Below, piece after piece: positions 36,658-48,000 of a stretch of DNA of 64,000 nt. Location of the stretch: contig JALDZS010000021.1 in the NCBI GenBank assembly GCA_022813965.1, positions 1-64,000 on the forward strand, read 5' to 3'. This DNA is from Toensbergia leucococca (Eukaryota). The translations under genes and the position numbers were made by a program. How positions within the stretch are numbered: the stretch's first letter is position 1; each line of letters opens with the position of its first letter. The notes under the pieces are model-generated. The model did no database searches and was not told the DNA's origin. It saw nothing but the letters and a program-made list of their open reading frames with translations.

Positions 36658-36900
36658 TCAGCTCACCTGCTCCTCCCATTCAAAGGAACTCCCTGCACTT
36701 CCCTCCTCCTCCTCATCCTCCTTCTCTTCTTCCTCCTCTTCCAACTCCTCAATTCGCTCCTGCAAAACCCTCCTCACAATTCTTCGATACACGCTTCCGG
36801 GGCGGTTGCTCGCAACATACCCTTCCACGGCCTCCCAATCCACCTGCCGGAGTATGGCTTCCGATGCTCGCTTCAATTCCAAGGAGGAGATTCCGAGAGC
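36658..36900 (-). CDS. paralogous copy of the C-terminal domain of the adjacent gene; 5' end uncertain (gene or pseudogene)
   Basis: ELKRASEAILRQVDWEAV...SNRPGSVY...VLQERIEEL aligns with ELKRAAEAMLRQVNWEVV...SNRPGSAY...VLQVRIEEL. No in-frame ATG is evident. Confidence 0.5.
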   Translation of the reverse strand, partial: ALGISSLELKRASEAILRQVDWEAVEGYVASNRPGSVYRRIVRRVLQERIEELEEEEEEKEDEEEEGSAGSSFEWEEQVS

Positions 36901-38524
36901 TGAGGTGCGCAGCGACTGAGGATATAGGATGGAGAATTCGGGGACCGAGGTGGGGCGGAGAGGAGATTGCGGGGGTATGTACGCACGTTTGAGGAGTTTC
37001 GGAGATTTGGTGGGCGTCGTGAGGAAGGAATAGGGGCGTTTGGTAGTTTTGATGGGGGTTGGGGAGGGGGTTGGTGGGTAAAGGTTTTCAATTTGCGGAT
37101 TTGGGAGGGCTGTTTTACGAGGTGTGGTTGGGGATGAGGTGGTCGGGTCTCGGAGCGGCTTGTGTGAAGCTGCGACTTTGGAGTCCTGAGGTTGTCAATT
37201 GTGACGGCCAAGGCAGATTGAAAGGGAGCTACCAGGTCATACCTCTTCACCGTCGGAAAGACTCATCTCATTCTTGAATTCGAGCGCATTATTGCAGATA
37301 CGCTCTTTTGCAGGGCAAGTACCTTCGGTCTGTGCCTGTCGGTGTTGTGATGCTGGGCGCATGTTTGAGGCTTTGTCTTGGTGCTAAGGAATGCGCTGAG
37401 GGTCAATAGTAGGAGCTTTGTGGATCAGAAGAGCTTGGTAGATCACAAGAGCTTATTAGTAGATCAGAGGAGCATGGTTGTGCAAAGTACATGGGATGGT
37501 GGTTTGCGAGTACCGGTGAATGTCATGGAGGCGACAAGTTCCTACGCATCGAGGTTTCTGCCGAGTAAAGGGTCACGGAAGATTGTAAGAGCATCGTAGG
37601 GTTAGCTAAGACGCGCTTTGGGGACATTTAGGAAAACGCGTATTTATGGGATAGGATGGGCATCTTGGGAGACGACATTCCTCAACGGGCGAGACTGAGT
37701 GTCCTGGATATATAAATCCACTTTAGACAGACGTGAAAAGCCATGAATCCCAAGGTAGATGGGGATGACTACGTGATGAATCACGGAGCGGTTGAACGTC
37801 TCATTGACTAGTTTTACGCGATGGTGGCGAGGCCGTAGGTACTCATAGGTATTAAGTCGCATCCGGGTGCCGGTCACACCCGGCCGTTAGTATGAGTATT
37901 TAAATTGCTCGTGCCTCGCTCAGAAAGTGGTCGTACAACAATGTTGAAGCAAATACTTCTTCCTTTTTTCACAGGAAGTCGTCTGGTTCACACGGAGATG
38001 CGTCGTATCCTATGATGAGCTGAATTTGACTGACATATCCTCCAATCCACTTATCAAAGAACAAGGCATGCATGCTTGCTGTGCTGCATCCTCAATAATT
38101 CAATGTCATTCTAACCGTCTGCCGGACGCTGATCATGAATGATATCTTTCTCTCGCAACAGCCCGCCGGTTTTCTGCATTCTTGTAAGGAGCCGTCGAGT
38201 CCACAATGAAGGCGGTGAGCTGCTGTTCAAGGTATAGAATCTGTGTGTCTATACGTATTGTAGAGTGCTTTGTTCTTGTTTGCTTTCTTCATCTTACTAC
38301 TCTGCTTAAGATTGTATCTCTCATCCTTTCTGTTCTTTCGCACAGAGAGTACATGCTCTGACGTCTTCCCGAACTCCTCATCTTTGTTTAAATCTTTCGT
38401 ACAAGCTTCTGGAATTCTTTTCCTGTGAGATTTCTCAATCTAATATCAGAAGTCTTCATTTTCACTCACTGTTCACTGTTTGAACGAAATCTGCATCCAA
38501 AGACGAGGACGTTGAACTACAGTT

Positions 38525-40012
38525 GTGACGTGTCCTCTTGTACCAACTGCTATGCTTCCGACTGAAGAGGATGACCTTCAGATAATCTCTGTCAGAGTAA
38601 TAAACGGTTGGTTGCGTGGCAAATCACCAGTTGGATCCATAGCGATGAAAACAGCCCAGCCTACCCTCGCATCACATCAAGTTGATACAACATTAGCTAT
38701 TGAATCTTCGCAAACACATTATGAAAAACCCACCTGCCTCTATGCTACGGAAATCCAATCTTTGAACCCTGCCGAGCCGTATCCGCTCAATTCACTCAGA
38801 ACCACACCCGTATGCCCACCTCACGCACCGAAAGTAGCAACTCCAATCGCATCACCTATTGTACGTCCACGGATAATCAACATGACTACAGAGAGAGCGA
38901 AGTCCATGGATGACCAGTCTCTCAAGCCTGCCAGCGACCTAGTCTCCGCCAGCACAAGATCTAGTTCACTACCTCAGACCTCGACAGCGGGAATACTACA
39001 TAATTCGGGGAATGTGGTATCCGCAAACCGTACCACGATGGAAGAGCTTGCCGGCAAGTCAAGTCAACCAGGTATCTATACATCTCCTCGTTCAAGCAAT
39101 GCAACTACGATCACTGATTGCAACATTATAGACGAAACCCCAATCAGCGCCTTAGGTCCTGACACTTCATCCAATTTTCCAGGAACTGTGCCATCCACAG
39201 ACGTTTTGACGACGCCGCTTCAGAGAGAACTTGATCAGCCGACCATCTATTTTTCGTCTGGTGCAAGCAATATTTCAACTATCGAGAAGGCGCAGAAACC
39301 CTTGACCGGTACCGCCACATCTGATACCTCAACCACCATTCTAGAGGTTATGGGGTCCGAATATGCTAAGAATATGACACCATTTGCGCGCACTTTAAGT
39401 CAGTCAGCCACCTATGTTTCCCCCTATCCCACAGGTGCTACAGAATCTGCGTACTCCAAGGCTGGAAACATCACGGGGATAACAAAGAATGATCAGCCAA
39501 CTACCCATGTTTCCCCATATCCCAGCATTAGTACAAAATCTACAAGCTCCAAAGCGGGAAACCTCCCGGGGATGACAAAGAATGATCAGCCAACTGTCCA
39601 TGCTTCACGTCCTGCAAGTCCAGCGCCCAAAAACCTCCTCTGGTCCACCCCAGCCTACACCGAACCCCCAGCGCCCCAGCGCTCCAAAAAACCCTGGAAC
39701 TGCCATCAACTCGCATGCTTCGCCCAAAACCTCGAAGATAACTTCCCTTTCCAAGAGTTCGCAGCAGAACACCACAAAACCCTCCTCGAAGTCTACGATG
39801 TGTTTTCGGCAGTGGTGCAGATGCCTTTACTGCAGTTTTCGGCTCGGGGGAGGAGTCGGGCGGGCTTGAAGGAGTTTGCGGCAACCATGAGGGAGTTTAG
39901 GGAGATGGAGAGGGAGGCGAGTGGTGGTGGGCCAGAGGGAAAGGGGAGTAAGAGGCCCGCTTCTGCTGCGGAGGAGGGGGATGAGATTCAGAAGAAGAAG
40001 AGAAAGGCGTAG
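38525..40012 (+). CDS. hypothetical S/T/P-rich protein with a compact C-terminal domain and NLS-like end
   Basis: 495-aa ORF with C-terminal PWNCHQLACFAQNLEDNFPFQEFA...VYDVFSAVVQMPLL and terminal KKKRKA. First ATG near 38552. Confidence 0.65.
   Translation: MTCPLVPTAMLPTEEDDLQIISVRVINGWLRGKSPVGSIAMKTAQPTLASHQVDTTLAIESSQTHYEKPTCLYATEIQSLNPAEPYPLNSLRTTPVCPPHAPKVATPIASPIVRPRIINMTTERAKSMDDQSLKPASDLVSASTRSSSLPQTSTAGILHNSGNVVSANRTTMEELAGKSSQPGIYTSPRSSNATTITDCNIIDETPISALGPDTSSNFPGTVPSTDVLTTPLQRELDQPTIYFSSGASNISTIEKAQKPLTGTATSDTSTTILEVMGSEYAKNMTPFARTLSQSATYVSPYPTGATESAYSKAGNITGITKNDQPTTHVSPYPSISTKSTSSKAGNLPGMTKNDQPTVHASRPASPAPKNLLWSTPAYTEPPAPQRSKKPWNCHQLACFAQNLEDNFPFQEFAAEHHKTLLEVYDVFSAVVQMPLLQFSARGRSRAGLKEFAATMREFREMEREASGGGPEGKGSKRPASAAEEGDEIQKKKRKA
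39410..39605 (+). repeat. 93-bp (31-aa) intragenic tandem duplication
   Basis: TYVSPYPTGATESAYSKAGNITGITKNDQPT and THVSPYPSISTKSTSSKAGNLPGMTKNDQPT. Confidence 0.85.
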
Positions 40013-41529
40013 GCCCATTTCTCACGTTCTGCGGAACCACTAGAAATTGTCTTGGTTCTTCGACCCCCCCCCCCCAAAAAAATGGTACATAGTCCCAATC
40101 ATACACTTCTCGCATGAAATGGCCACCCATTTTTTTTTCCAATTCTGCCCCGTATGCATACCTATCCTCCCTAGCGCACACCCATCCACAACCCCAAATG
40201 CCACTTCCCCCAAACCCCCCATTCACACCAAAAAACAAACAAACAAACAAAATATCCCCCTCCCCCTACCCCAACCCCAACAACACCCTCCAGCATCCCC
40301 CCCTGCCAACCCCCAAACTCCAACCCTCCTAACTTCCCGCCCACGCCCCGTTCCGAAATCCCTCTCCCTTGAAATCCGGAAAGAGTGATTGTGAACAAGG
40401 GATTTTTTGGGGGGGGTTTTGAAGCCGGCAATGAGCCCCGTGGGTGGCGGGGGGGGGGGAGGAAGAGAGGTTTTTGAGGAGAGGATATTTAAAATGTGGT
40501 AAGGGTGGAATGGGAGTCGTTTGGTAAAGATTGGCAGGGGGTGGGGGGTTCTTAGATTGCCCCAGAGGGGCAGGTATTGATTTGGGAGTGCAGGCCTTAT
40601 AGAACACAAAACCCACTACACCATTATACCAGCGCCATTAGGAATCGAACTTAGCTAATATGAAACATATGACTACTAGCACAGGTCAAGACTTTTCTTT
40701 AAGAAAAAAACGGGTTTATAAATCCCAGCGACATTCAGTCCACAACACTCATCTCTATAACATTCCACTTTTGCACACGATTCGGAGCATCAACAGCACA
40801 GCCCAAATCTTCGATGATGTTTATTCTCATCTGGCTATGATGAACTACCACTCATCTGTACTCGACCTAAACACCCGTTCCATACCCCTGCTCTTGAAAT
40901 TCTAGAAAATTCTGTAAAAAAAAAGAACGCCGTGTCCGTGCTTGGGTGTTATCGAAAGCAGCACTCTTCAGCCCGGGGGCTTTTTGAGATAATTTGAGCC
41001 TGTGCGATGAGATTCATGTGCTGGTAAGGTTGGGTAAACCTCATAGCGTCTGGAACGAGGTAGAGGAAGGCGATGAGGCCAGGTGAGATGACTGCTGAAT
41101 TTGACGGTTTCCGACGAGAAAGTTGGGAAAGAATTGTGATTTTCACTAGGAGGTGGCTGGATAGAACTTCAGGCCGAGTGTGGCGAAGGTGCGAGGGATG
41201 ATCTAAAGAGACGGGGGGAACGGCGACATGTACCTACGAAAGTCCTGATGATGCGCGCTGGGCTTTTGCGCCGCATTTCTGAATTTGAAGATTGCTATGT
41301 TGCCAGATTGTGGAGAATGATGGCGCGGTAAAGACGAAAGTATTCCCGATATCGTGCGACGATTGGAAAAGCGGTCACGATGTGGTATTTTGAAGAACCA
41401 TTGGGTCACTGTAGCTAAGTAGCCTTGAAGCCTCATCCCCGGTCTCGAGAAATGGAAGTTTCGACATTGTTCTACAAGGTTGCCGCAAAGACGTTCCAGA
41501 TTGGTAGAACCTTGTAGGAGAAGGGTTCG

Positions 41530-42474
41530 CTAGGGGGTAAGGTGAGCCTGATTTTTCAAAGACAGCCGGAATAGCATGGTTTGTGTATCTGGTATACCCG
41601 TGTATACGGGGGGATAATCAATGACCATGTCGAAAGATTTCAAGCCGTTCAGTTGAAAAAGCGGTTTGAGCCATATTGCTTCGTCTTGGAATTCTCCCGA
41701 CATAGGCCGTAGGTGCAGCTTCAGATTGACTAGGCCTGGCATTTGCGTAGCCACGATCCCCCAGAAGTGCAACCAGGTTTGGTCGTCATACGGGGCTTCT
41801 TTCGAGGCTGCGGTAGTCTCGGTGACAAGAGGAACGCAGTGGGGCATCCAGGATAGGTTGAGAGTTCTGATGCTTGCCAAGCGCGTGCGTCGGATGGTTT
41901 GGGACAAGTAGATCAGACAATCCAGGTTGTCCATGTCGAAAGTGTTTGTGGAGTAGAGGACTGGCATTGCTTCGGTGTAGATCTGACGGCAGGTACGAAG
42001 GATTGCTATTTCGAGGCGTGGATTCAAACCGATGTAGATTGGATACAGGTGATGGCCTCCGGTACTTGGGTAGCAGACGTGGGGTGCATCAAGAGGTGCA
42101 TCAAGAGGTGCTGGCGAAGCACAACGGACATGTGTCAATCGGTGACGCAGGTGGACGAGATGAAGCACACTGTCGCCGAGCAAATAAGCGTAGATTTGAA
42201 GGCGTATCTCTGGGGGTAACTTGGTCAAGAAGGGTGAAATCAGAGATTGAGGGCTTGGACTTCCAAGGCCAGTGAGCTGTCTTCGCATTGTAGGCAATGG
42301 AATGGCGGGTTGGGCATGTAGGTCTCGGATAGAGAGATCAAGGTTTGAGTGATCGGCATTGGATGCACGAGTATTGCGAGGGGAGCGCTTTCCAGCCATG
42401 GCAATGATGACTCCAATGGGACAAAGCAGAGGGCAACAAAGAACACAGAAGACAGTGCTCCAAACTTTTCCCAT
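41530..42474 (-). CDS. F-box-like (DUF7730/2EXR-type) fungal protein, intronless
   Basis: SPFLTKLPPEIRLQIYAYLLG, AILRTCRQIYTEAMPVLYSTNTF, IRTLNL, MPGLVNL. Confidence 0.8.
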   Translation of the reverse strand: MGKVWSTVFCVLCCPLLCPIGVIIAMAGKRSPRNTRASNADHSNLDLSIRDLHAQPAIPLPTMRRQLTGLGSPSPQSLISPFLTKLPPEIRLQIYAYLLGDSVLHLVHLRHRLTHVRCASPAPLDAPLDAPHVCYPSTGGHHLYPIYIGLNPRLEIAILRTCRQIYTEAMPVLYSTNTFDMDNLDCLIYLSQTIRRTRLASIRTLNLSWMPHCVPLVTETTAASKEAPYDDQTWLHFWGIVATQMPGLVNLKLHLRPMSGEFQDEAIWLKPLFQLNGLKSFDMVIDYPPVYTGIPDTQTMLFRLSLKNQAHLTP

Positions 42475-43066
42475 GGTCAACCAAAACGCAGCTGAGTGAG
42501 AGCCTGGAAAAGAGGGCAATGGTGTGGAATTGACACCTAGTTTACGTTTGTGATGTTATTCGAGCATCTTGGCCTCAGTCTGAGTTACATGTAACGTTCC
42601 GCCTCATGGGAAGGTTGATAAATGAAGGCTCATTCCTGAGAGAATGATTGAATGAAAGCAGGAATCAGGATACCAGGGTCCTGCAAGTCTAGGTAGAGCT
42701 CTTATTTGGTAGGATACCAAGTGGAATTATGCGCAGTGGTAGAGGTATGAGTACTCGGTACCTACCTCTACGGTACTCGCAACTTGGTACCTCTGCTCAT
42801 CATTGGGACGTCATACCGCTCTAGTATGTTTTAATCACAGCTATCTACCGAGTAGCCGTCTTTAAATTCCCCGTTTTCATGTGATCATATTCTTAGCCTC
42901 TCATACTCATAATAGATGCAATAATAAAAGAACAAAATAGCAAAATAACAAAATATAGAGTGGCTTCAGTATTCAAAGGTACAGTCTCAAAAACACTGCC
43001 TGAATATTCAGGTACAGAATAATAGAATCACCACTCTGGTATCTGCATCGAGCTTCTCTGGTCCTC

Positions 43067-44652
43067 CTACCCTGCTATCCATCTCCGTTCTCTAACATCC
43101 TCATCCCCTATCTCATCCTTCCCTGTCCCCTCCCTTCGAACTCGGGCTCCCTCCTTCAGCTTTTCCCACCTCTCCCTATACCTTGCAACCACCCCCTTTA
43201 ATTTCTCATTCTCCCGACGCATGCTTGCCATTTCTTTACTCGTCAACGCCATCTGCTCTTCTAGCGCGCTGAGTCTTTCTTCCCGGCCGCCGCCTCCAGC
43301 ATCCGAAGTAGCTGGAGACTGTATTGCTCGTATACTCCGATGCAAGGCCATTGATGAAGTTTGCGCCCCCATCTCAAACTCTTGCAATCGCCTGCTCAGA
43401 TGGTCAGCCAGCGCTCGCAGTGCTTCATTCTCGAGCTGGAGCTCCTCCAATGTCTTCGTTCCCGCTTTTGGTCGCCGGTTTCGCCCGGGTGACACGGGTT
43501 GAGGTGTCTCTCGTGCATCCACGAACTCGTCCATTTGGTCCTCGTTCTCTGTGCCTTGCCTTGCTTCTTGGTGAGCTCGTGCTAGTATGTCTGCATACGA
43601 GATGGTCCCACCAGTGGTCGGTACGACGTAGAAGCTCTCTGCCCCACCAAAACCACCACTGCCTTGACCGTGCTCTTCGCGGATTGCACGCAGAGCGGCT
43701 TTGGAGAAAACTTTCGTGACATCAGGTTCAATTGAGGTACGTCCTTCAACCTTTGGCCTTTCGGGCTGATCGGGCTTGATGGCTTCCTCAAGTCCAAGCG
43801 GAAGACCTGCAAAAGCTAGAGGGGCAGAAAGCTTTGAGAGCAGACCTTCGAATGTGGCGTAGAATCTTTGAAATGGCTCATCACTGCGACTGGAAGCTGG
43901 AAGGACTTTCTGTTCTGCTCGTGTTGCCACGGAATCCTCTTGTCCTGCTGCATAAACCGGCGGAGTGTTTGTCTGGTGAACACCTGCGATGTTCTCTGAT
44001 GCTAGGGTGCTCACTTTTCTTGGACCTGGATCCGCAGCGTTGGATTTCCTAGTTGGGTTAAGGACTCTCCCTTCTGCATGCTGAGGGGAAGTAGGTGGCA
44101 ACACCTGAGCGCCCCTTCGCTGCCTATTGGAAGGAATGCCTCTAGCTGATGCGAGATTATTGGCTATTGTGGAACTTAGCTCCCTTTGCGGAGCATGGCC
44201 AGAAAGCGGAGACGGCTGGAGAGAACGGCGGGACGAGACATCTGAAACCTTTGGTGATGTTGGTGTAGCAGGAGGCTGTGATATAGGCCTGGCCTCAGGA
44301 GCGGTCTCGGGCCCTTGAACGACAGGATGTGAATCTTGAAATTTTAGTAATTGCGCTAGCTTCTCATGATGCTGTTCTAATAATTTGAGGGTACGAATTG
44401 CCTGTGCCACTACTTAGTGAAGTATACACAAGGAGAAAAGCAGACATATGCATTTGTTGTACTTCTGCGTTTCCCGTGTCTTTAGCTGCATTTTTAAACT
44501 CCGCTGCAGCAAGATCATGCTCACTACTTGCAGTAGTAGAGCTTGCCGCACTGGAAGCATTACGGACGTGGGTTTGGGCCTTCAAAATCAGTCTTTACGG
44601 CCATGCTTGTAGATTTTCAAGAGCCTACTAAAGTTAGAGGAGAAGAATCCAT
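43067..44652 (-). CDS. MIT-like N-terminal plus C-terminal coiled-coil protein, Atg38/NRBF2-like, 3 exons
   Basis: MDSSPLTL-AQTH...EHDLAAAEF..AA...E-AIRTLKLLEQHH (MIT-like), LSAPLAFAGLPL, ESFYVV (AIM-like), and coiled coil LEELQLEN...RYRERWEKLKEGAR. Confidence 0.7.
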
Positions 44653-45049
44653 GATACTGAGCTCTGAAACACAGGATCTCAATGGGAGAACTAAGTCAAG
44701 TCTGGACCTTTCGCCGCGACGGACAGAGTCACACGTCGGCAATCCAGAGCATCCGATGAACCATAGAGAGTGCGAGTACTTGTCTCTTTGCCAAGATATA
44801 TTGATGATCGGCGGTAGGGGTTCTTAGAATACAGCGTCACATAAATTACCACAATAGAATACAACACGACAGAAGCAAGATATTACACTTGCATTCAACT
44901 TTTCCTGCCCTACGGATATCTACCTAATTATGCTACCTGCCTTACCTTTACTTGTCCTTCCTTAAACCCGGAAAATCCGTCGCTGGGATGACCCGTATCT
45001 ACATCTTGATTTGCTAGCTAACACAACCCTCATCGGACCAGAAAGTGCC

Positions 45050-48000
45050 ATGGAGGATGAAGCAAAAGAATCCTCTCCTGCCCCTTCTACAGCCGGCTTG
45101 AAGGGAGTCTTTGCTAAAGCGCGTCGTGGCGGCAGGGACAACTCTTCGACGACATCCATCAATGGTACCGATAGCAGTGAAAGCCGAGGCCTTCGATCTT
45201 CGCTAGAATCCAACATTGAAAAGCTGAAGTCACGCACAATTCGAGATGCTAGCCGTGACAAAACCGAGCCATCCAGCAGCAATGGTATTTCCAAGCTACT
45301 GCACGGCCGCATCAAGAAGAAGAGGAAGAAACGCGAAGCAGCTGGACTACAGCAACAGGAGGATGAAGAGGCACAGCGCGGTCGCAGCATCGGGGACCGA
45401 GGCGGGGTCAATCCTACTGATACTTTATGTGACGGCTTGGCCGGGACTAAAAGTCGGAGTACATTAGATGAAGACGGTGCAAGTAGTCTGCTTACCGACG
45501 ACTCTGGTACAGAATCGTGAGTCCATGACTTCATAGTCAACCCCTAGAAGCTTTGCCGAGTATCTTATGTCTCGTCAGCACGCGTTGGCGTTAGGACTAG
45601 GCTCAATGTTGGCCTTTTGTGAAAGCTGCCTCTTTGTTTCGCATATATTTCAATTTCATAGCAATATGCACCTTGGTAGCAATCCAGGACTGCTTTGTTT
45701 TGGTTCATTTGCATTTCTTGTTGAGCCACAGCTAACGTACAACGCCTCAACAACAGACCTCTGAACAGTCCACCGCCCCTCGTAAACCACGACTCACATA
45801 TTGGCTATTTGACTACCTCATCACCTTTGATCAATACATCGAATAAAACAGAGGCCTCGAGCACCTACTCGATAAACAGTTCTATCCCCGAGCCTATCCA
45901 GTCCTACTCGAAGTCTACAACCTTTCCAGTATCCAAAAGTGCAAGTTCCATAGAAACGAACCTGGTGCCTCGACATGCCGCTACTATGGACACTGCTGGA
46001 GTAGAAGCATCCTCCAGCACACCAGACTTAGGTGAAACTAGGAATGGCCGAGGAATCTCGCCTGGGTCCAAGTTCAGAGGCGTGTTTGCGCCGGGATCGA
46101 AGGAAAAGGCTGCGAGCCCACCAACAAGTCCAGACCGTGCCTCTTTGAAAACTACTGGTAGTGGAGGTAAACTGGGAGGCTTATTCAGTATTGGAGATAG
46201 AAGGAATAGCATCAATTTTCGAAGAACTTCCAAAGCTTCCGAGGAACGCCCCGTTGTACCACAACCTTTACAGGCAGCAACCGATCGTCCGGCTTCGAGT
46301 AGTCGTGATCTCCCTCTCATCGTGACTACTCCTCCCCAAACGCCTCCAAACGCACCTCTCCATGCGCCCATTACCGTCACTCCTCCAACCCCTACGGACC
46401 AAATTCCTGAACTTCCAGTTAGCCCTTCCAACAAAGCTGAATCAAAGTCATTGGTAGGTACTAATCCAAATACGGTGACTTCAGCTTCGGGAAACATGAT
46501 CTCTCACCGGCGGATAAGATCCGACCCTGCCACTCATCAACCAAGTAAATTATCCAATGCCATGTCTGCTCCTCTGACACCTATGATTGAAGAAGCAAGA
46601 ACACCAGGCTCTCGGACTCCAGGATCACAAGGCTCACCTGCCGGCCCAGGAGGGTTCTTTTCGTCAGTGTTTTCTGCTGCCCAAAGCGCTGCAAACACGT
46701 TGAGTAATACTATCGCGAACAACAACCAAACTCGGTCAAGAAATAGTGTTCAGATCGCCGACGAAAATAGTAGTAAAGACCAAGAGACCTCTGCCGTAAT
46801 TGTTAGCCAAGACGAAGAAGCTCCAAAAATCGAGCAAAAGAGGCTTGCAATTGACACACTTGGTACCGGTGATCTGAGCCTTAGTCATCTTGGAATTTCG
46901 AATGAAACACTAGTAAATGATGGCTTTCCCGAGAAAGTAAAACCAGGCTCGTGGGTACAACGAGACGAAGCTGCGGCTCGCGCTGAAGACGTCTCGGCGG
47001 CGCGCGCAATATCAGTAGCATATAGCGAAAAACCTTCGGATGATAACGCGGCCACTCAATACGCCCAGGACCTCGCACCTGGAACAAAGCCCAAGTCGAT
47101 GTATGAGTCGAGCATTACAGGAGACAGAACACCGCCTAATGGAAGTATCTTCGAAGGCGAGAACGGCATCAAACGTAGTGGAAGCGTACGCAGTCGAGTT
47201 GAGGCGGTTACTCGGAGACATCGGAATAGCTCTGCAGCTACAGGCAGCACCACCATAGGTACTGCTATCGCAGCAGGCCATGCTGCATTAGCTAACCCAA
47301 CAGGCTCGAGTAGTGTTCCGAAGCTTACAGGTTTTGCTGTGGCAAACAAGAAGCGGAATCGTGACTTTCATCAGCTATTCAGGAGCGTCCCAGAAGATGA
47401 TTACTTGATTGAGGACTACAGCTGTGCTCTTCAGCGAGATATTATCCTTGCTGGTAGGATCTATATTTCTGAGGGACATATATGTTTTTCAAGTAATATC
47501 CTTGGATGGGTCACCACTTTGATAATTAGCTTTGATGAGGTTGTATCCGCCGAAAAAGAGAATACCGCAATGGTGTTTCCAAATGCTATTGCAATCCAAA
47601 CTCTACAAGCGAGGCATACTTTTCGCAGTCTTCTCAGCCGTGAAGCTACTTATGATCTACTAATTGGCATCTGGAAGATAAATCACCCAAGTCTGAAAAG
47701 TTCTCTCAATGGGGTACAGCTCGTCGAGGGAGGTACAGGCGACAAGACTGAGAAGGTCGATCCTGTCCCGAACGAAGACGGCAGTGTTGGCTCTGACGAT
47801 GAAGATGAGATTTACGACGAGGACGAGGAAGAGGAAGAGGGATTGGGTAGCTTTACTGAGGCTGGAGATTGTAGTCCAATGGGCAGTGACACTGGGGAGC
47901 CCACTACAAATTCAGCTGCTCGTAAGGCGTCTGCGATGGGCGTCGCTGCGGGTGCTGCAGCGGGTGGGGTTCCGACCCAAAGCGAGACCAAGGCCATTGA

